Source: Mobula hypostoma
Lineage: Eukaryota
Assembly: GCF_963921235.1 (NCBI RefSeq)
Contig: NC_086114.1
Coordinates: forward strand, 34,038,001 to 34,102,000
Direction of reading: 5' to 3'
Length of the DNA: 64,000 bases
Positions within the stretch are counted from its first letter, which is position 1. Every line of letters starts with the position of its first letter. The notes below the pieces were generated by a model, which was not told where the DNA came from, did not search any database, and was given only the letters and a program-made list of their open reading frames with translations. A program made the translations under genes and the position numbers. Shown in pieces: positions 12,701-24,700 of the stretch.

Positions 12701-15700
12701 CCTTATTACTATAATTTTTCCATTATTTTACATAGTGAAGAGGTGAGAGCGATAGGCCTGTAGCTACTTGACAGTGTCAGATCCCTCCCAGTTTTAACAA
12801 CAGGCAACACCAGAGCCCTTTTCCAGTCTCCTGGGAGCATTCCTTGCTTCTAGACATTATAAAACTCAAGCAACTTCTTTATGACTCTCCCAGGCAGATG
12901 CTGGAGCATATGATAGCTAACCATATCCTATCCTGGGGCTGTAATACTGGCACTATTGACAGCAAATTTCAGTTCAGCCAACATAAAGTCATCATCCATG
13001 GCATTCTCAAGCATCTCTGTTTCTCACAAACCTTCCCATTCTCCATCAAAATACACTGTCATCTCTTAATATACTTATCGCCTAAATTGTCTAGTCTGTG
13101 TATCTTTGCAAGCGTGTTTCTCAGACATTTATTCTCTTCTTTGTCTGTTGTAGCCAAATTTCTATTCTCCACTAACACTGGAATCTGGTGATAACCTCTG
13201 ACACCATTCATTTTCTTTAGCATTCTCCACACCACTGTCGTGCCAGTTTTCCTCCCAAATGATGAGGAAAAATCCCCTACAAGCCCCCATTTTATACCCA
13301 ACTCCTATACTCAAAGCTCTGACTAATGAAGGCCAGTGTGCCGTATGCCCTGTCCACTCCCCATCTACCTGTGAAGCTGATTTCAGCCAACTATGCACTT
13401 GAACTCCTAAATTCACCTGTTCCATAATGCTCCCAGGGCCCTTCCAAATAACAATCCTTGCTATTGCTCTTTTCATCTGAAAGTTCATCAAGGCTTCTTA
13501 CATTAATCTTATGTTTCAAAACACAAAATGCCCGTCTCCAGTCTCTGATAACCTCTGTACATTCCTGTGTCCACCAAAGAACACATTTCTTACCAGCTCT
13601 CTGAGACACTAAAGGAACGGCTTGATGGGTTGCCCCACACAAACTAGAAGTTATACTCTGATGGTCTTCTTCTCTGGTATCACCTAGAGACAATTAATCA
13701 AATGATTTCTCACGCTCAACAGAAATTTTTCCCAGTTTGCCCTCTTAAAATATCAATTAGTACCAGAACCCAAATTCTTCCAGTGAACCTTGATCCCTAC
13801 AACACACAGGACTGGGAAATGATCACTCCCCATACAATCAATCATTGCAACTCAACTACTAAGTCCGGCAACTGGAGCAGAGATGAGAGTCAAGTCCAGA
13901 CAAGAGCCCTACCATTGACAATATGATTTGCTATGAGATGAAGGCCCTTGTCTTTCTTCCATCATTTAAACAAATTAAATCATGTTCTCCCAAAAACTCC
14001 TCTACTACTGCCCCATTAACATCTGTAGTCTTATTGCCCCACAAAACACTATGTGCATTAAAGTCACCACAAAAAATAATTTTACCAGAATAATTTCCCC
14101 CTATTCTCCCCAACCCTTCCATAGACAGTTCCCAACCTGGATTATGAATGTTCACAATTTTGATGCCACCCTGTGTATATAACAATTCAATAATTACACA
14201 TTTGGTATTCTGTAGGGAAAGCAAAATTCTGTACAATAAACCCTCCTTCACAAAGGTGGCACAGCCTCCTGCCACAGCTGTATGTCTATCATATCTCACA
14301 ACCTCATATCCCAGAATTTTTAATGATAAATGTGGTTGGAACCAAGTTTCTTGTCTACAGATAACACTTAAGGGAACACAAAAACCTAAAACATATGCTT
14401 TAAATTCCTGTCCATTAGCTAACAGACTTGTCACATTCCAATGAAGAACCTCAAGTTCATTAGAAACAATCAATGAAAGCACCCTGTGTACAGTCATCCT
14501 CCACCACCAGCCCATTGCCTCTACTATCATTCCCCAAATCTTCTCTCCGAAGTACTTTATGTACGACCTGTTCTGCAGTAATTCCCTCTAAACCTAAATA
14601 TTTTGACGCTGCATCCAGCACTATCCTGACTCAATCAGGTTTCTTTCTTACCTGTACTGTTCCATTAACTACAGCACATAGAAACACAAGAAAATCTATT
14701 TCTTTAAGAATCAACACTTCCCCCACTCCCCACCTGTACAACCTCACTCCATGATCTTCCTCTATCCAGCTCCCTGGAAGTATCGGTTTTAACCCGATAC
14801 CCAACAGATGTAGAGAAATCAAATCTTCTCGCATCTCTAGTATAAGAAATATTATGTGCTAACTTTACCTTCTGAATTTTGTAAAACAAGGCAACCTAAA
14901 TACGCAGCACTATGAGCACCTCTACAATTGCAGCAAATCTCTTCATCTGAACCCGTTTCAAATGACTTATTTTCCTTTTATTTCTTACCAAACTCCATTC
15001 CATATTATCACTTAACTCCCTATTTGAATTTCCTGCTGTAGGCTCCCTCTATCACATTACGGATAGTGCATACTGCCAGCCCCTGTAACTCTTGACGACA
15101 GTGCCGAAGATGTCCAGAACACACTGCGCCAAGCAATCTCTCAACTCCCCTCAGCTAACAGGAGTCACCCACCACCCATTTCCAAATGATCACCTGCAGC
15201 CTAAAACCCATCTCTCATCTACGGTCCTTATTCATTTGAACCAGCCAGCCTCAGCCAGTTGCTCCTAGCCTTCAGTTTCGTACCTTTTTGCCTGGGTTTT
15301 TATTATCTGTTCTCTCTTGTTTTGTGGCCCCTTCTGGCTTGGTACTTTTGCAAACTGTTATTAAAGTTAACATTCATTGCTGAATTGTCTCCACTGCTCT
15401 GTTTTTGGGTCAAGCTTTCTCTACATTTCCTGACGTTTTAGGCCTTGTAAGAGTGCAAGAGCTGCAGACAGGTGGGTCAGAGTGCTAATGTGATGGGAAT
15501 TAAAGTGTCAAGCAACAAGTTCAAGGTCATTGTTGTGGATTGAGTGCAGGTATTCTGCAAAGCAAACACCCAGTCTATGTTTCTCTAAGTAATGGAGGCT
15601 ACATTGAAAGTGTTAACAGTCATTCTATTGCACCACTGTGAAATATAATGTTTAGACTCGAGAGCCTGTTCTATTGAAAAGAAATATGTATACTGCATCA

Positions 15701-18700
15701 GTTTTTAATGTGCTCTTAAATTTGTTTAAATTTGATTTTAGTGAAGCCTGGTGTGGTCTGCTGCTGTAGCCCATCCACTTCAAGGTTTGATAGGTTGTGC
15801 ATTCAGAATTGCTCTTCTGCACACCACAGTTGTAACACATGTCTTCCTGACAACTTGAACCAGTCTGGCTATTCTTTTCTGATCTCTCTCATTAGCAAAG
15901 TGTTTTTGCTCACAGAATTGCAGCAAACTGGATTTATTTTTGCACCATTCTCTGTAATCTCTAAAGACTGTTGTGCATGAAAATCCGAGGAGATGAGCAG
16001 TTTCAGAGATACTCAGATCATCTTGTTTGACATCAATAATCACTCCACTGTCAAAGTCACTTCGATCACATTTTTCCCTTCCTGATATTTGGTCTGAAAA
16101 CAACTGAACTCCTTGACCATGTCTGCATGCTTTAATGCATTGAGTTGCTGCCACATGATTGACTGAATAGATATTTGCATTAATGAGCAAGTGTACAGGT
16201 GTACCTAATAAAATGGCCACTGAGTGTATTTCTGAAATGAAATAAGCTAAAAACATATTCTGTATATTTAAGGCAAAAGAAAATATTTGGTGTTATTTCT
16301 TGTAGAGAATGCAGTTAGTTTAAAGGAATCTCTGCAGAGTGAGAATGCTGGTGACTTTGAAAACCTTCTTGTGTCCCTACTCAAGGTCAGTCTGCTTTAA
16401 TCCATGTCATTTCAATGGAAATGTGTTATTTTGACACTTCTTTGCAATAAAGAGAAAAGTCAGCTCTTCTAAGTGTGAAAAAGATGTTGCATTGTGAAAA
16501 CTTTTATTCATAATTGACACATGGCTGTCAAAGAACTATTGCCAACAAAAATATGTCTAATCACTCATAACATTCAACGTGTTAATGTTTTAAAATTTCT
16601 TTCCATCTATAATGTAGGTATTGCCACATTTGCTGTAAGGGAATGGTAACTCTGTAGTTATTTTCCCGGTATTACAAACCCAAAGCCTGAAGATAATCAG
16701 GAGACAGGAATTCAAATCCCACCAACGAATGAGAGCAATGGCTACATAATTTTATTTTAAAACAAAGTGTTAACTTTTAGTATGTTCTTCTGGTAAGAAG
16801 ACTGAAAATATACAGTATCAGATAGTTGAAAGATATAATTTAGTGCCAGGCTATAATTTCCACGATTTTGATGCATAATTTGTTGTAACTGGCCAGTCAC
16901 ACTGGGACAATTGGTTTCCCTGCTTTTTGATTGGGGAGGAATAGATCAGCCAGGTCCATAACATTTGTTAAATGGAAAATAACCCTTTGACATCAATATA
17001 GGCATATTAGTCAACAGAAAGCTCAGAAAGACGTTTTATTGCATTGCATTTGGTAGACTTCTGGCACTGATACCTAAACTCCTCTGTAAACAATGTATTG
17101 TTTGTTTTTGTATATTTTTGTATGGTGATGCAAATCCCACAAATAATTGTGTTATGATTTCTATTGTATTGTGATTCCACTTGAACTGAATTATCTTTTT
17201 AGGGGAAACGAGATGAAAGTCGATATGTAGACGCAAGTCTTGCAAAGGTTGATGCTCAGGTAAGCATTGCATAATTTACATCAAAGTTCAAATCAAACAT
17301 GGGTTAAATGGATTGCAAGAACACTCTCTCAGATGGCAAATGATGCTTTACAATGTCAAACTCTTTTTGACATTTAAAAGTGAATAGTAAGTCAGATTTA
17401 TTTATGAACATTTTCAAAAACATATCTGATGTTCCATGTATGAATTCCCAAAAGGTTTGGGAATTTAAGACAATCCATTGTTGGTGCTGCTGATTATTTC
17501 AAGATTGTAGACATGAACCTGTATCGAGATTAAATATATGATCATATAAATTTGATTTTTTAAAATAGCCAAGCCATATTGAATCACAAACAAGTTATAC
17601 TTGTAAGATAACTAATCCAAATAACACCATTTCAATATCATTATTAGTATTGCAGTGAGTATTTTATTATTTCAATGCTTCAAATAATATAATTATGATC
17701 ACTACCTTCAGGTGCTCAGTAGAAAGGTATTGGGATGACAGATAATCCTGAATGATGTCTGTTCATTAATTCCAGTTATGCATTATTCTCAGTAGAAGTT
17801 TCTTCTTTGTATGTTTTCCCCTGTTTCTGCTCAGTTTTAGAACTGATCTAAAACTGTAAAGATCTAAAACTGTAAAATTTATCTTGATAAGTTTCTGCCT
17901 ATCGTCTGAAAGTTGTAGTTTGTTTCCTGGAGAATGTGTTCCTGCCCTGCCATCAAGATTACTCTGAATTTGTTTTGTTCTGTCATTGTCAGGACTATTC
18001 ACTCATTGTTTTCTTGTATTCACACAGCTCCAACTGGCAAGTTTAGTAAAATACAGGATTAAACCTGTCAGACTGCATCAGCGATCCAATGTTGCATCAG
18101 TTTATAAACTCTAGAAACTATGCATTCATGTTGGTCAAAAACCATGAAGAGAGAAATTGTATTTATATACTACCTTATTCCTTGGGAGCCCTCAAAACAC
18201 TATGCAGCCATTGTCACATTCATAAGGGCCAAACATTCATCAGCAGCTGAGAGGATACTATGAAATCTGTTTAAATATGAATTTGAGACTTGCATCTTAA
18301 AAATGATTAAAATTTGCTGGGTATATTTTTCATTATTCCCTTAATCCTCTTAAAGTTTGATCTGTTGTGAAGCCAGTGCAGTGACTAATGTATGCACATT
18401 TGAGCTCAAGTGAGCAAGTGGTATTATTACTCTTTTACTGATTAATGTTGGCAAAGATTAAAATTGTTCTTTCTCTTCTATTTTTGGAAAGTAATTGAGA
18501 TTTTTTTCTAGGCTTTCCTGAAAATGTAGTTTTTACTGTTATGTAGCAGATAATACAGCATTCATATAGTCAGAGTCATCGATTTGTACAGCTTAGATAC
18601 TGATTGAAAATATCATAATTAGCATTTAAATTTTTGACTGTTTATTCCAAGAGTTTTGTGACTCAGATGCAGAAGTACTATTGAAGCCAAGTTCACAGTT

Positions 18701-21700
18701 AATATTTAAACCTTTATTAAAAAGTAGATTGTTTTTCTTGTAACAATTGAGATTTGATTATATGGTTTAATATACAATTACATTATCTGTACTGCACAAT
18801 TGATCAATGTGTTTCATTTTAGGAGTTGTTTGCTGCAGGAGAAGACAAGTGGGGAACCGATGAGACAAAATTCATTAAGGTCTTTTGCAGGCGGAATTTT
18901 GCTCATCTCCGAAAAGGTAGTGTGCATGTGTATCGCATTTGAAACTACCTAACATATTCAATTGACTGCTACCTATCTTAATGCTTTTCATGAAATGTTC
19001 CCTAAAAAATAGGACATGTACTCATCATGAGATGTGATATGTCCAAAGAACCTTTTTAAAATAACATGAGATCAGCCCATGTACCTTTGGCACATATAAC
19101 ACATGAGAAGTACTTGCAATGTTCAGTGGCTATGTTATTGGATTCACATTGTTAGCATTTTCTATCCTTGCAGCTAAATTTGCTTGGTTTTCTATTAGAG
19201 CTTTGCAGCCCAGTAGCTGAAATAAGTTAGCTTGGGGTCACAATAAGTAGCTTGTACAAGTTTGATTATCTCACTCCCTCCTACTTTATTTATAGAGTGC
19301 TTTCTCTATTCAGTTTTTGAATTACTGAGACTATGACAAAAATAATTTATCAGCACTTGTCACAAGATTTAACCAGTTATTTCAAATAAGTGCTTAATTA
19401 AATAAACAGGAACTGAGCTTTTCCAGTTAAAGAGTTTTAATTGTATAATTGTAAGTATTTTATCGGCAAATGATTTGTGTTTTGAAGAAGTCACCACCAG
19501 CCAAATTTGGAGAATTTAAAAATCATTTCACAAACGAAGTTAGGTTCTTAACAAAAGGCTAATTTTAATGCTTCAAAATTTCCTAAAGTATCATCATGAC
19601 TGCATTGTCCAAGTTGTAGTTCAAGATACTCGTATTGGGCTACTGCATCCACAGGCAATCCACAAGGAGCTGATTTGATAGTAAATCTGTGTCCAGTTGA
19701 AATTGCTCTTGTCCCTGGATAAATAGGTATCAGATTAAAACCTGATGTTAAGTTTGAAATAATATTTAAGTTGATGCTCTGTTGCTTTACAAAGGGACAT
19801 CAGACAGGCCAATGTCAAATGAACCATATTTTTGATCATACATATCTATCTTTACACTGTAGTTCCAAATGATGTAAACTGATTTTAATTAAAACACCAG
19901 AGCTTGTCCTTTAAATATCAAAAGTTCTTGTTTTCAGTCTATTGCCAGTTCCTGAAACTGTCATAATTGGGGGGAGGGGAACAAAAGTTCTACCTGCCAA
20001 ATGTTTGCTTAAATCAGGGGTTCCCAACCTGGGGTCCACAGTCCCCGGGAACTCCTGTCTTAAATCAATACCACTCAAGCACAAGAAATTCAGCAAAATC
20101 CTTTCTGAAGGAAGTTGTTAGCTAGAATGTTTGCTTTAAGTAACTAGATAACACACATTTCAAGAGTAGTAAATATTTTTGATGCTTTGTAATAGTAATA
20201 CTATCACAGTGTAAAGTTGTAAATTGACAGTTATGAAAAAAATTTAGAAGTAATTTCTGGGCAGTAGAGTCAGACCTACATCGTTCCCAATTCCAGCTTG
20301 GAAGGAGAAATTGCAATATTTTCTTGTGCTTCAAAATGCCAAGCCTCTTACAGAAGAAGAGGGCTGAAGGACAATGCCAGTGATCAATGTCACATCCGGA
20401 GGACCTTCAGGAACACAGCATAGAATACATGAATCAATAATACTGGGTTTTGAGAGCAGGAAACTACTGCCTCGGCACAAATCCTTGTCAGACATCAAGC
20501 TGATCAAGGAAATGAAAATGACCAGAAGTGACAGTTAGCTCACAGTCAAAGATGCCTTACCTCCTGGCCTTCATCCCCTCATCTACTAAACTCAGTACAG
20601 TAGCTGTTTCCACACTAAAACCAGTTAAGCTCAAGAAATACAAGGCTTTTGTTCCATGTAAAATACAGGGGAAAAACAATTAATTTATTGGGCCCTGTAA
20701 AATCTACACAGTTTTCTGCCCAATGCTTTCAAGGTCTACCTGTTTCATCTCCAATGGTTATAGGCAAATTTGTAGTGTTAGCAATGAGATGGATAGTCTT
20801 GGGTTGCAGAAAGATATTGATCCGTTGACAAAATGGGCAGAGCAATGGCAGTTGTAATTTAAATCTGGTCAGTGTGAAAGAAGCTACAGAGGGTCATAAA
20901 TTTAATCGGCTCCATCTTGGGTACTAGCCTACAAAGTACCCAGAACATCTTCAAGGAGTTGTGTCTCAGAAAGGCAGCATCCATTATTAAGGACCACTAG
21001 CACCCAGGGCATGCCCTTTTCTCACTGTTACCATCAGGTAGGAGGTACAGAAACCTGAAGGCACACACTCAGCGATTCAGGAACAGCTTCTTTCCTTCTG
21101 TCAAACAATTCCTAAATGGACATTGAACCCATGAACACTACCTCACTTTTTTAATATATTATTTCTGTTTTTGCACAATTTTTAATCAATTCAATACACA
21201 TATACTGTTGTTCATTTATTTATTTATTTATTATGTATTGCATTGAATAGCTGCTGGTTAAGTTAACAAATTTCACGACACATGTCCGTGATAATAAATT
21301 TGATTCTGATGCTCTTCTGGAAGGTCTATATATGAATAGGACATACACAATGAATGGTAGAACCCTAGATATTATTGTGAAACAGAAATATTGTATAAAT
21401 ATGTAGATCTCTAAAGGTAACAGCATAGTAGATGACAAGGTGAAGAAGACGTATATGATACTTGCCTTCATTAGTAGGGGCATAGAATATGAGAGCAGGG
21501 AGCTCATGTTATATCGTTATAAAACTATGATTAGGTCACATCTAAAATATAATGAACAGTCCAGGCTGAATTATCAAGGTTTGCGTTCCTTGGAATGGAT
21601 AAGTTTGATGGGGGAGGGGTGGTGTGAGATCTTGATTGAAGTACAGAGTTACAGGTAGATGGAAGGAATCTTTCCTCCAAACAGAGGAGTCAAAGATTAT

Positions 21701-24700
21701 AAGATATAGGTTTAATGTGAGCTGCAAAGGGTTCAGAGGCGAATGGAGAGGGAATTTTTTTTCAACCCATAGGGTGGCTGGATATCTGGAACACACTGCA
21801 ATATTTAAAGTAGCTAGGTGTGTGCTGGAATGTGCTGCTATGGGAGGTGGTAAAATCATACAAACTCTGTTTAAGAAGCATTTGCTAGATGGCTAAATAG
21901 GCAGGACCTATGTGGATTTGGTTGTAATAGAGGCAACTGAAATGAGTCTAAACGGGGGTGGTGTCAGTGGTTAAGGGAGGAAGAGTCATGTGCACATGCA
22001 GGCCAAAGGGCTAATTTCTGTGCTGCAAAACCTCACAACTGTCTGATACTAAATCACTAATGTGCAAAAAACATTAGAAGTGCTGTAAATGGACAATTGC
22101 TGGTCAGCAATTATTACCGTTTTAGCTCCATGTGCTCCTACTTTTTTTTTTATAACCTTCTTGGTAGGGCCTTATCAAAAGTCTTCTAAAAACCTAATTG
22201 CTGATCTGAGGCTAATATATCAAAATTAATGAGGGGACTGTTCAAGGGGCAGATTATGGGATCAGGCAATCTAGCTATAAACAAGCCTGTCTAAAACTAG
22301 TGACGGTATTTTAAATAGTAGTAGCCCCTGGGCTCAGGAACCTGTAGAAACTCCTGATCATTGCACAAATGTTTTTATTTGGGGGGGGGAAGGGGAAATT
22401 CCAATCTCTCCATAGTATAATGAAGTGCAAAGCCTGGCATTTTAGGTAGGCTCTCTAGTAATTGATGGCAATGATATGTAAGGAGTTTCCAAAAACATTC
22501 AATTTATTTAACTCTTTCAAAACAAATTGTGAAGTGAGAGTGTGATTTGAGACGAGGGTGAGTTTATCAAAATGGATCAGACAAAAAATTCATTGCTAAA
22601 CAAAAACTAGCATAGACCCACTACATCTATACCCTTCTGATCCATTTGTGCAGCACAGTGGTTTCACAGCTTCAGTGACCTAGGTTCTGTGGTTCACTGT
22701 GTGGAGTTTGCATTCTTTCCTTGTGTGTATGTGGGTTTTCTCAGTTGCTTACATTTTCTTCCACATTCCTTGATAGTTTAGGTTAATTATCCACTGTAGT
22801 TGGTTGGTGGGGGAAGTGGGATTTTGTGTATGTATGTGTCTGTTAAGAGTGGCAGGGGGTTGATGCATGTGTGAGAATATTATACTGAAATCTGGGCATG
22901 GGATTTATATAATTACTTTGAGAGCCAGCATAGAATGCGATAACTTAATGTCCTCTTGTGCAAAGAAATATAGCAAAAATATTTATACTCATTTTTGGCT
23001 TTTAAGTTGCATGTTTGAAAACACAAATGCATCTTACTTACCCTATGATAATCTTTTGAGTCCTTTATCTTACTTAGGCTTTAGCAATTTGTATCTAACA
23101 TGATGTCGTCAACTATTGCTGTTTCTTTTTTTTTAATTTTATTTTTATTTGGATAAGGAATTCACAATTATCATGTACTTTTTTCACACATATAACCTTT
23201 TCCATTTTTTTATATGTATAAAACTACAATTATTTATACATTCTTAAGTACACATTGAGATGATATAAAAGGAAAATAAACATTTAAATAGATAATTATG
23301 TACTGTGGTAAATCTAACCTATTAGGCGAAGTAATGAAATTAGTTGTTAAGAAAAATGGTAATAATAGTTTCCATACAACCCTTCTGGACCATTTCCACT
23401 GGTCCAAAATGTTGCATACAAGCCTATATACCAACCATTGTAGGTGTTTATATCCCAATTTGTTCATGCTTGTTCCTGCCCGCAGACATAATTATCCAAT
23501 CCCTATGTACTTATTTACTTAATTTTTTCATTTTTTTTTATCCCTTTCCCAAATCTTTCCCTTTACTTGTGTTAATTCTCTATTTTCCAAAAAAAAACAT
23601 TTGGACTAGGGGTGTTTACGTTAGCAATATTACTGTGTTGATGAGAAGAGCAATATAAATCATTAGGAGAGTCATCTAAAGTCTGCTCGCATTGGGGTTA
23701 TATATTCAATCCATTTATTCCAGATTTGATAAAATGTTTCTTTTTGAGTTCTCAGGGAGTAAGTCAACTTTTCCATTTTAAATATTTCCAAGATAATTTC
23801 GTACCAATCTTCTAACGTAGGTGGTATTGGATTTAGCCATTTTCTAGTGATTGATTTCTTACTTGCCGCTAAGAGGGCCTGCAGCAACTTTATATCTTCC
23901 TTCTGTTCAAGGAACAATACATGCCCCAAATAGAGCGTCTCAAAGTTCAGAGGTATCTGGGACCTAAGTACCTTAACTAATGTTCTATGAATACCTTCCC
24001 AAAATAGACTTAATTTAGGGCAATCCCAGAAAATATGAAAATGATTTGCCTCCTTGGAGCCGCACCTTCACCAACACATCACATTTGTATCTTTATATTT
24101 TTCCTGATATGGGGTCTTGAAGTATCTTATAATGTTTTTCCAACAATGTTCTCTCCAAGTCAAAGAATTAGTCGAGGACCATTGAAAGCTGCAGATTTTC
24201 CCCCAAGCCTCCTCTGAAAGTACCAACCCCACTTCTTTCTCCCACTTCTCTTTAATATACAGTGTATTTACATTTTTAGCATGGGAGAGTGCATTATATA
24301 GACTAGAAACTGATTTACTAGGTATTGAACTGCAAGCCGAATTCAGAATCTTGAAAAATTCTAATTCTACTTTTGATAGGTCTGTATATCTACAACTCTG
24401 GTTAACATAGTTTCGTATTTGAAGGTACCTAAAAAAGTCATTATGTTCTAGGCCATGTTTGTCCTGCAGGATTTGGAAACTTTGTAATACTCTTTTATCT
24501 ATAAATGAGAGGTAGGTTGTAAGACCTTTCTTTATCCATAGCTCAAATCTTTTATCTCCTCTGTTGGGAAGGAATTCGGTATCATATGCACACCATCTAA
24601 AGAGTTTTAACATGTTATTAATTCCACATGAATTAACCACCTTCTGCCATACTTTTAATGTAAGATTTATCCAAGCATTATTAAATTTTTCCAACTGGGC

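Larger units (their letters stand above)
10300..15250 (-). mobile_element. I-clade (Nimb-like) LINE with RNase H, near full length, degenerate
   Basis: ORF1 zinc knuckle [15 protein letters not shown] (~14890-14940); APE endonuclease 13931..14530 (QETW, GDFNAHS); RT FLDIEK and YADD (12130-12560); RNase [16 protein letters not shown] (~11095-11150); C-terminal CDFC...H finger (~10770-10830). Confidence 0.85.
7750..15610 (-). mobile_element. Old Penelope-like element split into three pieces (7750-8016, 10093-10270, 15436-15610) by nested insertions
   Basis: pLTR end with hammerhead-core relic at 7830-7854; the pieces read as a continuous PLE 3' region once CR1 (8017-10092) and the LTR/I-LINE block are removed. 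Confidence 0.5.
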
